This document shows, piece after piece, positions 1 to 9,593 of a stretch of DNA of 64,000 nucleotides. This DNA comes from a bacterium (GTDB lineage: Bacteria; Zhuqueibacterota; Zhuqueibacteria; Residuimicrobiales; Krinioviventaceae). Positions within the stretch are counted from its first letter, which is position 1; the number at the start of each line of letters is the position of its first letter. A program made the position numbers and the translations under genes. The notes beneath the pieces were generated by a model. The model made no database searches. It had not been told where the DNA came from and was given only the letters and a program-made list of their open reading frames with translations. The stretch spans positions 2,688,001 through 2,752,000 of the forward strand of contig OY843751.1 in assembly GCA_963693055.1 (NCBI GenBank), written 5' to 3'.

Positions 1-1057
1 TGTGATTACTTTTTGTACCGGGTTTGATCTTGCCTGGCCATTTTGCAATAAAAGGAACCCGAATGCCGCCTTCGTAGACATCACGTTTTATGCCTCGTAA
101 TGGACCATTGCTATCATTGAAATCAGGATCATTTAATCCTTCTTTATGTGGTCCGTTATCACTTGAGAACATGATTACTGTGTTTTCTGTTAATCCAAGG
201 TTTTGCAAGTGCTCAACAATTTTTCCAATATCACTGTCCATTCTTGAAATCATGGCAGCATGACCTTTTTGAGCCAAAGGCCAATTTTTATCTTTATAAA
301 TTCCATAATCAGGAACTTCCATGCCATGTTCTGCTTCAACAAGGTTCCATTGATTATTTGCATGGGGGATGGTATAAGCAAGGTACAGGAAAAAGGGATT
401 GTTTCTATTTTTATCAATAAAAGTTTGTGCTTCCCGGGTAAATAAATCATGAGAATAAGTAGATTTGTTTATAGATGCACTTCCTATGCCTTTCGAATAT
501 CCATTTTCAGACATTACTATGTTATTATCAAGTTTAATCTTTTCATGATTCCGCCAGATCCAATCCGTATAATAGTTGTGAGCACGTGTTTGGTTTAAAT
601 AACCAAAAAAATAATCAAATCCTTTTTTGTTGGGTTCACCGGTGGTTTCTGTTTCACCCAAGCCCCACTTTCCAACGAGAGCGGTTGAATAGCCTGCCTT
701 TTTTAATAATTCAGCAATTATCAGGTCACTGGGTTCCAGTGGAATGAGAGCATTTCCACGAATTCTGGCGTGTCCTGTGTGTGTGCCTGTCATAAGGCAA
801 CAACGGGAGGGGGCGCAAACTGTGCTTCCGGCATAATGATCAGTAAACAAAATACCATCATTGGCTAATTTGTCGATATTGGGAGTTTGAATTTCTTTTT
901 GGCCGTAACAACCTAAATCACCATAACCTAAATCATCCGCTAAGATATAAATGATATTGGGTTTTGATTTTCGAGTTGCACAATTTAAAATGGGGATAGG
1001 TAAAAAGGCAGTGGCCGCACCGAGTACATGTTTAAGGAATTCTCTACGTTGCAGCAA
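1..1057 (-). CDS. Arylsulfatase (formylglycine-dependent), Tat-exported lipoprotein; 3' end runs off the window
   Basis: Not in the ORF track. Manual translation from TTG at 1057 (RBS GAAAGGA) gives MLQRREFLKHVLGAATAFLPIPILNCATRKSKPNIIYILADDLGYGDLGCYG...VCAPSRCCLMTGTHTGH. This has a Tat RRxFLK motif, a lipobox-like LNC, the sulfatase PNIIxILADDLG motif and the CxPxR signature. Confidence 0.93.
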   Translation of the reverse strand, partial: MLQRREFLKHVLGAATAFLPIPILNCATRKSKPNIIYILADDLGYGDLGCYGQKEIQTPNIDKLANDGILFTDHYAGSTVCAPSRCCLMTGTHTGHARIRGNALIPLEPSDLIIAELLKKAGYSTALVGKWGLGETETTGEPNKKGFDYFFGYLNQTRAHNYYTDWIWRNHEKIKLDNNIVMSENGYSKGIGSASINKSTYSHDLFTREAQTFIDKNRNNPFFLYLAYTIPHANNQWNLVEAEHGMEVPDYGIYKDKNWPLAQKGHAAMISRMDSDIGKIVEHLQNLGLTENTVIMFSSDNGPHKEGLNDPDFNDSNGPLRGIKRDVYEGGIRVPFIAKWPGKIKPGTKSNH

Positions 1058-1080
1058 AACTATTCCTTTCCGGTAAAGGT

Positions 1081-1929
1081 TTATTTTTCCTTTAATTTTT
1101 TAAACACAGAGTCAATGTTCTCATCCAATGTGGCAATTTTTTCTTTAAAAAACAAACCTAAATAAATAGGTTCTTTGCTCTCGGCATATTGCAAAGCTTT
1201 TGCTCTATCTGTTACATCATAATCATCAGGAAATTTGCCTACTACCTGGTTCCAGCTTTTATATGTAATGAGTTTATTAAATTCAACACAAGGAGATAGA
1301 TCATGAATAAATGAAAACCCCGGGTGTTGTATAGCTTCTTTAACAATTTGAGAAACTAGTTTACGTTCACGACTAAAAACGCGAGCGACAAAGGTTGCCC
1401 CATATGATAAAGCTAAAGTAGTTGGATTTAGAGGGCGCGCTATGTTTCCATATGGAGTAGTGCCGCTAATCATTCCCATTGGCGATGTAGGTGAGACCTG
1501 GCCTTTGGTTAAACCATAAATGCTATTGTCCAACAGGATATATGTTATATTGAGGTTGTTTCTTGCAGCGTGAGGAAAATGACCGCCACCAATCCCAACA
1601 CCATCACCATCACCACCAACCACAACAACCGATAGTTCCGGATTAGCAATTTTGATTCCTGTTGCAATAGGAATTGCACGTCCATGCAGTCCATGAAAAC
1701 CAAATCCGTTTACAAAGAAGGGAAAGCGACCAGAACAACCAATACCAGATACAACAACAAAATTCTTTGGGGGTATTTTGAGCTCATTGGCAGCTTCATA
1801 TAGTCCATTTAACGCTGTAAAATGTCCACAACCGGGACACCATGTAGGCAAGTTACCACGCCATTTACTTTTATTTTCAATTTTAACTCGGTCTAGTGCA
1901 TCAAGAACGGACCTTTTATTTAATGTCAT
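1081..1929 (-). CDS. korB: 2-oxoacid:ferredoxin oxidoreductase beta subunit (TPP-binding)
   Basis: WCPGCG, SGIGCS, HGRAIP and GGDGD...DN TPP-binding motifs. Start placed at ATG 1929 (MTLNKR), overlapping the alpha-subunit end. Substrate specificity cannot be determined. Confidence 0.9.
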   Translation of the reverse strand: MTLNKRSVLDALDRVKIENKSKWRGNLPTWCPGCGHFTALNGLYEAANELKIPPKNFVVVSGIGCSGRFPFFVNGFGFHGLHGRAIPIATGIKIANPELSVVVVGGDGDGVGIGGGHFPHAARNNLNITYILLDNSIYGLTKGQVSPTSPMGMISGTTPYGNIARPLNPTTLALSYGATFVARVFSRERKLVSQIVKEAIQHPGFSFIHDLSPCVEFNKLITYKSWNQVVGKFPDDYDVTDRAKALQYAESKEPIYLGLFFKEKIATLDENIDSVFKKLKEK

Positions 1930-3670
1930 TTTGTACCTCAAGAATCTTTTCTGCAACTTTTGCCGGACTTACCGGATCTACAGAGGGGATATGTACCTCA
2001 ACAGGTTTAATATTGTAGGTCGATTTGAGCAACGCGGCATATTGACCTTGATAATTCATTTCAAATACAATAATCTTTTTGCAGCTGTTGAAAAATTCGT
2101 TAAAAGCATTTTCATCTTGTGGATATATCATAATACTTTTTATCAGTTTAGATTTAACACCTTTTTGCCGGGCAAGCTCCATGCCTTCCAGAATTGCGCC
2201 AATAGTTGAGCCCCAGCTTGCTATGCCCACATCTGCATCCTCATCACCTATGATCTCTACAGGAGGCAGGTCTTGCACCATTGTTTTAAACTTTCTGTAT
2301 CTTTTTGATGTCATGTCTTTGTGAACAACCGATTCAAAGTTCGGATTTCCCTTTAGATTATGCTCAAGCCCGGTTACAGAATAAAAAGCGCCTTCTTCAC
2401 CCGGTACAAGCCATGGAGAAATACCGTCTGGTGTCATTTCATATCGGTTATAATTTTGCAACTGTTCCGCTGTTGGCTTTATCCGAGTTGAACGGTTACG
2501 GTTGATATTGAGTTCCAGACTTTCGGTTTCAACCCGTTGCCCTAAAAAAAGATCACTCAGAAAAATTACAGGGGTCTGATATTTTTCAGCCAAATCAAAT
2601 GCGGTTTGTACTCCTGTATAACAATCTTTAATATCGGCAGGGGCCATAACTACACGCGGAGAATCTCCTGATCCGCCATAAAGTGCAATGTTTAAATCTG
2701 CTTGTTCAAGTTTGGTTGGTAATCCTGTTGCCGGTCCACCGCGTTGCACATTGATGATTATTGAAGGAATTTCTGCCATTACGGATAGATTTAAAAGCTC
2801 ACTCATTAATGATAATCCTGGGCCAGAGGTAGCTGTCATAGAGCGTGTACCAGTATACCATGCGCCTAAAACTGCGCCAGCGGCAGCAATTTCATCTTCA
2901 ACCTGAATTGTCCATCCACCTAGTTTGGGTAATTCTGTCGCGCAGATTTCCATGATCTTGGTAGCAGGGGTAATAGGATAACCGGCAAAAAATTTAAGAC
3001 CGCAATCCATTGCTCCTCTGGCCAATGCTTCATTACCACTAATCATTGTTAATGGTTTTGCACCTGTTTGAATAGGAAATTCATGATCCAGAGGAAATTC
3101 TTTTTGGCAATATTCATAACCAAAATCAAAAGCTTTTAAATTGGTATTAACAACCTTTTCACCTTTGCGGGTAAATATTTTTTTAATGTAATTTTTAAAA
3201 ATGTCCCGAGGTAGTCCATATAGATAGCAAAATGCACCAATTGCTACAATATTACGTCCCTTATTTGTATTGGTTGCCTGATTTGAGAGTTTTTTCAATG
3301 GAACGCCATATCCCTGCATGTTGGGTTTAATATGTGAAGCAAGGCTTTCATCTTCAGGAATATCTGATGTTAAACTACTATCATAGATGATACTGCCACC
3401 AGGAACCATATCTTCAAGTTCATCAATCGATTCAAGTGAAGCCAGACCCACCAATATATCAATTCCGTCTCCCATGCTATAAACTTTGGAATTTGAGAAT
3501 CTTACAGTGGAGGTTGATTTGCCCAAGCCTCTGATTTCAGCACTGTAAATGTCATTTACCATTACATTAAGGCCAATACCAGCGCAAGAATTGGCAACAA
3601 TCCGGCTTGCTGATACAATACCATCACCGGCAATACCACAAAATCTAATAGATAATTCTTTATGTTCCAT
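1916..3670 (-). CDS. korA: 2-oxoacid:ferredoxin oxidoreductase alpha subunit (fused gamma-alpha)
   Basis: N-terminal gamma-like GIAGDG/YSAEIRG, then GYPITP, EDEIAA, TSGPGLSL and QRGGPATGLPT motifs. Confidence 0.92.
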   Translation of the reverse strand: MEHKELSIRFCGIAGDGIVSASRIVANSCAGIGLNVMVNDIYSAEIRGLGKSTSTVRFSNSKVYSMGDGIDILVGLASLESIDELEDMVPGGSIIYDSSLTSDIPEDESLASHIKPNMQGYGVPLKKLSNQATNTNKGRNIVAIGAFCYLYGLPRDIFKNYIKKIFTRKGEKVVNTNLKAFDFGYEYCQKEFPLDHEFPIQTGAKPLTMISGNEALARGAMDCGLKFFAGYPITPATKIMEICATELPKLGGWTIQVEDEIAAAGAVLGAWYTGTRSMTATSGPGLSLMSELLNLSVMAEIPSIIINVQRGGPATGLPTKLEQADLNIALYGGSGDSPRVVMAPADIKDCYTGVQTAFDLAEKYQTPVIFLSDLFLGQRVETESLELNINRNRSTRIKPTAEQLQNYNRYEMTPDGISPWLVPGEEGAFYSVTGLEHNLKGNPNFESVVHKDMTSKRYRKFKTMVQDLPPVEIIGDEDADVGIASWGSTIGAILEGMELARQKGVKSKLIKSIMIYPQDENAFNEFFNSCKKIIVFEMNYQGQYAALLKSTYNIKPVEVHIPSVDPVSPAKVAEKILEVQNDIK

Positions 3671-3685
3671 ATTCTACCGTTTCGT

Positions 3686-4687
3686 TTATTCCCACCAGCG
3701 GGCTTTTAAGGGTTTTCCCATTAATTTAAAAGATAATGTTTCATGTATCTGATATTCAATTTTATTTCCGGCAATATTTTTACCGGCAATTTCTCCTTGT
3801 TCCTGGGCGTTTGGCCAACCGAAATTAATCCAATAGTTTTTCAAAACTGGGTGATATATTTCCGTACAATCACCTGCCGCATAAATATCCTTGATAGATG
3901 TTTGCAAATGTGTGTCAACCAATATCCCTTTTTTTTGATAGACCTTATCGGGTTGACAAAAATCAATGTTTGGCTTCCTGTCATCCCAGGCGTATATAAT
4001 ATCTGTATCAATTTTTTTATTTTTAAGCGTTAATACTCGGTATTTATTATCTTTCTTTTCAACATAAACAGGTTTATCGTTGGTAATTATTTCAATTCCT
4101 TTATTTTGAATGAAATCATGTATGTAATCTGCAAATTCCGATTGTAAAAGGGGAAAGAGTACCTGGTCACGACGGGTTATATAGGTGATTTTTTTTCCCA
4201 GATTATACATACCTGCTAAAAGATCAAGATTGCTCAGATTTTCTCCATAGATTACACAATGTTCAATGTTATCTAAATTACGTTTTAAAAGCTGTACATC
4301 CTGCAGTGTGTAATAGGATTGTATGAGTTGTGAAAAGGGACTTAGCAAGGGCCCCAGATGCTGACGTCCACCTGTTGCAATTAGCAATTTATCAAAAGAT
4401 AATACTTCATTGTGAAAGAGCTTAATTTTCTTGTTTTCCGGATCAACTGCTTTAACGGATTCACCTTTGCGAAATTTTATCCCCAATTTTTTGATTTCAT
4501 CCAGATTCAAATAATAGAGTTGTGAATCATCAAGTTGATCGCAAAGATATTCGGTGAGAAGATAGCGGTTATAGGGAAGATAAGGTTCCTTTCCAATGAC
4601 CGTAACATCAATTTGCGGGTCCGTCTTTTTTATTGTTGAAGCAGCTGTCATACCGGCTATTCCAGCACCGATGATGATCACTTTCAT
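3686..4687 (-). CDS. FAD-dependent pyridine nucleotide-disulfide oxidoreductase family protein (NirB/rubredoxin reductase-like)
   Basis: IIGAGIAG FAD motif, PYNRY, LIATGG and TSIKDIYAAGD. The second Rossmann motif is degenerate. Confidence 0.8.
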   Translation of the reverse strand: MKVIIIGAGIAGMTAASTIKKTDPQIDVTVIGKEPYLPYNRYLLTEYLCDQLDDSQLYYLNLDEIKKLGIKFRKGESVKAVDPENKKIKLFHNEVLSFDKLLIATGGRQHLGPLLSPFSQLIQSYYTLQDVQLLKRNLDNIEHCVIYGENLSNLDLLAGMYNLGKKITYITRRDQVLFPLLQSEFADYIHDFIQNKGIEIITNDKPVYVEKKDNKYRVLTLKNKKIDTDIIYAWDDRKPNIDFCQPDKVYQKKGILVDTHLQTSIKDIYAAGDCTEIYHPVLKNYWINFGWPNAQEQGEIAGKNIAGNKIEYQIHETLSFKLMGKPLKARWWE

Positions 4688-4721
4688 AACAATTCTCCAA
4701 ATAGCGGGATTGAATTATTTT

Positions 4722-6392
4722 TTATTTTTCTATAGTTGTCAATGTATATTTGGATATAGAAATACAATCTACCGGACAAGCTCGTACACAATTACCGCAT
4801 CTGATACATTTGTCGTTGTCAATTACAATTGCTTGTACCTGACCCCAATTTTCAGCTTCAACCGGTTTCATGCTTCCATCTTCCGTTACGGTAATATCTT
4901 TGGCCATTTTAATACAATCAACAGGCATTACATCAATGCATGCAAGGCAATAGATACATCGATCTATGTCGATTTGAAAATTGTAATGGCAGAGATAACA
5001 TCGCTTTGCCTCATTTAATGATTTTTCTTCGCTAAAACCTGTATCTACTTCTTTTTCTTTTATCGATCTTTCTGAAATAGGAATTTTATCCATTGGCTGC
5101 AAAGGAATAAAATCATATTCGCGAATTCTGCCAGTTTCTTTAATAGGCTCTATAGTTACAATATCTTCAAAACCACACAGGCCGGCAAGATCTTTATGGA
5201 CAAGCTGAGCGGTTTTACGTCCGTCAGAACAAGCCTGAATAACTGTGGAAGCACCGTTTCTAAAATCACCAGCAGTATAAATTCCTTTCGTTACCAGTTC
5301 TAGATCTTTGACCAGGTGCTTTTCTTCTTCCTGCCCTATTGCAAATATCACAGTATCTGCAGGAATTACAAAATCCGAATCTGGGATTTGTGTTAATTGA
5401 TTATTTGCCCCTTTGGCATTACGTTTAAATTTAACACCCGTTACCTGACCATTTTTAGATTCGATAGCAATAGGGGTGACCAGAAATGAAAAATCAATAC
5501 CCTCTGCTTCCATGTCTTCTATTTCGTGTTCACCAACTGTCATTTCATTTCTTGTAAAAAGAAAAGAAAGTGTAATATTCTTTGCACCCATCCGAAAAGC
5601 CATACGTGTACAATCAACAGAGGTAAATCCACCACCAACAACTATAACATTTTTCATTTTATGGTCAAAAGTGTTTGTGTTGGCGTCCATCATAAAATCT
5701 AGACCCCACGTGACTCCTTTTGAATCCAGCCCGGTAATGTCTAATCGTTTAGGCGCCATACAACCACCGGCCATTATCACGGCATCATATTCAGATTTCA
5801 ATTCTTTGATCTGATCATAATTGTCTATTCTTATGTTGGTTTTCAAGGTAACACCCAAATCTAAAATAGATTGTAGATCCTGGTTCACAATATCATTAGG
5901 TAATCTAAAACGGGGAATACCATAACGCAGCATGCCGCCTGCTTTAGAAAATTGTTCAAGAATAGTTACCTTGTAGCCCCGAATAGCCAAATCATTTGCT
6001 GCAGTTAAACCGGAAGGTCCAGAGCCAATAATACAAACGGTTTTTCCGTTAGGTTTATTGCCATTTTTAAATTCTTTAAAACCATAATCAGCTGCTGATC
6101 TTTTTAAAAAGCATATAGCAACAGGATCTCCTAAACCATCCCATCCATGTCTACATGCACTTTCACAAGGGCGATGACAAATTCTTCCCAGAATAGAAGG
6201 TAACACATTATCTTTACGATTAATTAAATAGGCAGTTTTGTAATCACCATCAGATATTGCTTTGATATACCCGGGTATGTCTGTCATAATAGGACATGCA
6301 GATTTGCATGGTATATTCACATCAATCCACTTACGGTCCAATAAATCCGTTGATTTGTAAATTTGGTCCCCATGAGATTCAGGTGCCATCAT
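4722..6392 (-). CDS. GltD/NfnB-like Fe-S flavoprotein with C-terminal 2x[4Fe-4S] ferredoxin domain
   Basis: PCKSACP, GRICHRPCESAC, IGSGPSG, GGMLRYGIP, VGGGFTSVD, EAKRCYLC, CIYCLAC and CIRCGNCVRACP motifs. Confidence 0.85.
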   Translation of the reverse strand: MMAPESHGDQIYKSTDLLDRKWIDVNIPCKSACPIMTDIPGYIKAISDGDYKTAYLINRKDNVLPSILGRICHRPCESACRHGWDGLGDPVAICFLKRSAADYGFKEFKNGNKPNGKTVCIIGSGPSGLTAANDLAIRGYKVTILEQFSKAGGMLRYGIPRFRLPNDIVNQDLQSILDLGVTLKTNIRIDNYDQIKELKSEYDAVIMAGGCMAPKRLDITGLDSKGVTWGLDFMMDANTNTFDHKMKNVIVVGGGFTSVDCTRMAFRMGAKNITLSFLFTRNEMTVGEHEIEDMEAEGIDFSFLVTPIAIESKNGQVTGVKFKRNAKGANNQLTQIPDSDFVIPADTVIFAIGQEEEKHLVKDLELVTKGIYTAGDFRNGASTVIQACSDGRKTAQLVHKDLAGLCGFEDIVTIEPIKETGRIREYDFIPLQPMDKIPISERSIKEKEVDTGFSEEKSLNEAKRCYLCHYNFQIDIDRCIYCLACIDVMPVDCIKMAKDITVTEDGSMKPVEAENWGQVQAIVIDNDKCIRCGNCVRACPVDCISISKYTLTTIEK

Positions 6393-6576
6393 CGAACTCC
6401 CATTAATAAATGATGGATTTTTTAAAAGATAATGAATGCTGTTACCCGAAACAAGTATTTTATCGTTATTATTTTGATTTTATTGTGATTTATTGTTTTT
6501 TTTTATCAAGATGTTGTTGAATTTAATTTTTTTTAATACTTTAATTTTTATTGATAATTAAAAGGAAAAGTAAGAA

Positions 6577-7242
6577 TTGATTGGAAATAGTAGAATCATT
6601 AAATCAAACCAAGCTGATGTTCATTGTGATTTAATAAAATTATTGGATAGATACAGCAACAAGCCGTTTCAACGTCAAATATCAAATCAGATTGTGGAAA
6701 GTTTTTTAATGCTCGATGATCAAGTTAAAAAACATAAAATGCCAATCATACTTGATTCAGGTTGTGGAGTGGGAGAGAGCACATTAAGCATAGCTGAGAA
6801 AAATCCAAACAATTTGGTTATAGGCGTAGATAAATCTATACACCGTCTGGATAAAAATTTTTCCAGTAAAGTGAAACACAATAATGTTATTTTTTATCGA
6901 ACAAATTTAATTGATTTTTGGCCCCTTGTCAATCAGTATGATTGGCAGGTTCAAAAACATTACTTGCTTTATCCGAATCCGTGGCCACTTAAAAAAGACG
7001 TCAAAAAAAGATTTCATGCTCACCCCATTTTTATGGAATTGATTAAAATTTCTAATGTTATAGAATTGCGTAGTAATTGGAAAATTTATCTTGAAGAATT
7101 TTCACTTGCTTTTGAACATGTTGCGGGGTGCAAAAGTAAAGTAGAAATTTATAATCCTGAATCAGCTGTAACACCATTTGAACGCAAGTACCAATCAAGC
7201 GGACATGTTTTATATAGATTGTTGATTCAACATGAGGGATAA
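6577..7242 (+). CDS. trmB: tRNA (guanine-N7)-methyltransferase TrmB-like SAM-dependent methyltransferase
   Basis: LDSGCGVG SAM motif, YPNPWP(K) and C-terminal TPFERKY. Confidence 0.72.
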   Translation: MIGNSRIIKSNQADVHCDLIKLLDRYSNKPFQRQISNQIVESFLMLDDQVKKHKMPIILDSGCGVGESTLSIAEKNPNNLVIGVDKSIHRLDKNFSSKVKHNNVIFYRTNLIDFWPLVNQYDWQVQKHYLLYPNPWPLKKDVKKRFHAHPIFMELIKISNVIELRSNWKIYLEEFSLAFEHVAGCKSKVEIYNPESAVTPFERKYQSSGHVLYRLLIQHEG

Positions 7243-8352
7243 ATGACAGATCGATCTGTAGCAATCCATAAACAATACAAGATTTTACTAATTCATCAAC
7301 ATCTATCCGGATTTGAAATATTTAAAAAAAATTTTCAAAATCCACGTTTCCATTATGAATCATGTTTAATTTCAAATTTTGATCTTCGAACATTAATATA
7401 CCAGGACTATGATGGTTTTGTTTTTATTAATCATAGTAAAGTAGAGAGTTTGCTTCCCTTTTGTGAACAAGTACGAAACCATCCTCAACTATTATTCCAT
7501 CCTATTATATTTGTCAATAATTGTAATAATCAAAAAGATACAATAGCTGCATTTCATGCAGGTTGTTCAGATGTTGTAACAGTACCATGTAATCCTGACG
7601 AGTTTTTTATTCGTTTTGAAAAACAATTTACAAATTACCAGACGATACTTGAGTTACATGAAATTAATAATACAAAAGACAAGTTTTTATCTATTATATC
7701 TCACGATTTACGTAGCCCTTTTACAATTCTGTTGAATTTTTCTAAAATTTTATATAACAAGTTTGACAGTTTTGATCGTACGCTTCAAAAAGAATACATA
7801 AGCGCAATAAATGATTCCGCTGAACATACCTATACTATACTTGAAAATTTATTGCGATGGTCAAAAGCAAATTCCGGAGAAATAAAATTTTATCCTACTC
7901 GATTAAATCTGACCTCTGTGTTATATGAAAGTATTTTATTGCTTGCTAACGATGCTAATCAGAAAAATTTGAATATTTATTTTAATAATCAAAAAGAACA
8001 TTTAATTACTGCTGATAGAAATATGTTGAGTGTTATTTTTAATAATCTGATCAATAATGCGATCAAATATTCCTATCCAGATGGAAAAATTATTATCAGT
8101 ATAGAAAAAAATGATTCGGATTACCAAATTAAAATTTCAGACAACGGTACAGGTATTGAAAATGAAAGATTGGATCACTTATTCAAGCTTGGTCATTTGA
8201 TCAAAACTCCAGGCACCAAAAATGAACAAGGGGCGGGGTTGGGATTACTCATTATTAAGGAATTTATTGACAAACACCAGGGAAAAATTATCGTTAAAAG
8301 TGTTAAAGATAGTGGATCCACTTTTGTCGTGACACTTCCCAGTGAGGCATAA
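7243..8352 (+). CDS. Cytoplasmic histidine kinase with N-terminal degenerate receiver-like domain
   Basis: H-box IISHDLRSPF, N-box NLINNAIKY, G1 DNGTG and G2 GAGLGL. The N-terminus resembles REC (PIIFV...AGCSDVVTVP). Confidence 0.85.
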   Translation: MTDRSVAIHKQYKILLIHQHLSGFEIFKKNFQNPRFHYESCLISNFDLRTLIYQDYDGFVFINHSKVESLLPFCEQVRNHPQLLFHPIIFVNNCNNQKDTIAAFHAGCSDVVTVPCNPDEFFIRFEKQFTNYQTILELHEINNTKDKFLSIISHDLRSPFTILLNFSKILYNKFDSFDRTLQKEYISAINDSAEHTYTILENLLRWSKANSGEIKFYPTRLNLTSVLYESILLLANDANQKNLNIYFNNQKEHLITADRNMLSVIFNNLINNAIKYSYPDGKIIISIEKNDSDYQIKISDNGTGIENERLDHLFKLGHLIKTPGTKNEQGAGLGLLIIKEFIDKHQGKIIVKSVKDSGSTFVVTLPSEA

Positions 8353-8496
8353 AGTACACAAAATTATCCATATTTAAGGCAAATTTAAGCATTTTTGCCT
8401 CGAAATTGTTTACTTTATGCAACAATTTTTCCAAACAATCGTTTATGTGTATATTTTTCACCTCATAAAAAACAATGATTTAAACTGTATTTTATT

Positions 8497-8513
8497 TTGG
8501 TATAATGTTTGCT
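8497..8513 (+). promoter_or_regulatory. Candidate sigma-54 (-24/-12) promoter of the M23 peptidase
   Basis: TTGGTATAATGTTTGCT = GG-N10-GC with TTGC, about 55 nt before ATG 8568. Confidence 0.45.
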
Positions 8514-8567
8514 AAAGTTGTAGTAGATTTGTTTAAGAATCAATTTACAACAAGTGGAACTTTTATT

Positions 8568-9497
8568 ATGGATATGCAAAATAGTTGTTTGAAAATGATG
8601 TATTTCTCATTTGGAAAATCGAGTGTAAGGCAGATTAATTTTGACAGAAAAAAAGTGATTTTTGTATCACTTGTTTTTATTTTGACCTTGACAATATTAA
8701 TCTCTGTTTCACTCAAAATGTTCACTGGTATTTATCAAAACTGGAGAATTTCACATTTGAGAAAAGCCAATAGTGAGCTTGAACATCAGATTTATAATCT
8801 TGAACAAAAGCTGGTACAACTTGATAATAAAGTTGTTTCATTAGAGCGTCAGGATGATGATTTAAGAGTATTTGTAGATATTCCAACAATTAATCCTGAT
8901 ATACGCAGATTGGGTACCGGTGGTCAATCTCCAGCAGTTATTACCGGCTATAGTTCAGTCAACGAGTCTTTACTTGGATTCGCACAAAATGTTGATCAGC
9001 AATTATTCAATTTATCACACCGTCTGGATCTTTTGATTGATAGCAGAGATGAAATAGTAACAAAATATAATAAAAATTCCAGTCAGTTACGCCAAACTCC
9101 TTCAATACATCCTGTACGTAGAGGAAGAATAAGTGATAGCTTTGGTTACAGGATTGATCCATTTACCGGACAACGCAAGCACCACAATGGTGTAGATATT
9201 TCAGCTCCCCGTGGTACAGATATTTATTCTACGGCGGATGGAATTGTTATAGAAGCTGTTAGTAAATATACTCCCAATCAATTACGCGGCAAGTATGTTA
9301 TTATCGATCATGGTTTTGGCTTTAAAACAAAATACGCGCATCTTTCCAAAGTACTGGTTAAACCCGGCCAAAAAATTGCAAGATATACTGTAATTGGTAA
9401 AGTTGGTGATACAGGACGAGCTACGGGGCCGCATCTTCATTATGAAGTTATAAAAGAAGATAGACAAGTGAATCCTATATACTATTTTATGGATTAA
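8568..9497 (+). CDS. M23 family metallopeptidase (peptidoglycan endopeptidase) with N-terminal TM and coiled coil
   Basis: HNGVD (HxxxD) and HLH zinc motifs, YAHL and GDTGRATGPHLHYEV. Start is uncertain (8505, 8568 or 8595). Confidence 0.88.
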   Translation: MDMQNSCLKMMYFSFGKSSVRQINFDRKKVIFVSLVFILTLTILISVSLKMFTGIYQNWRISHLRKANSELEHQIYNLEQKLVQLDNKVVSLERQDDDLRVFVDIPTINPDIRRLGTGGQSPAVITGYSSVNESLLGFAQNVDQQLFNLSHRLDLLIDSRDEIVTKYNKNSSQLRQTPSIHPVRRGRISDSFGYRIDPFTGQRKHHNGVDISAPRGTDIYSTADGIVIEAVSKYTPNQLRGKYVIIDHGFGFKTKYAHLSKVLVKPGQKIARYTVIGKVGDTGRATGPHLHYEVIKEDRQVNPIYYFMD

Positions 9498-9593
9498 ATT
9501 TGTAATGTTGAACTAATTTTTTATTTGTTTTCTTTTTAATACAAATTTATTATATTTTTGATAAATACTACTCTTACAAAAATATGATAGACT

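Noticed and set aside
4722-6392. Glutamate synthase small subunit or DsrL assignment
   Set aside because: No gltB or dsr genes are adjacent; only the family-level fold is supported.
8418-8434. Minus-strand sigma-54-like motif TTGGAAAAATTGTTGCA
   Set aside because: It points antisense into the histidine kinase with no downstream gene; likely a chance match.
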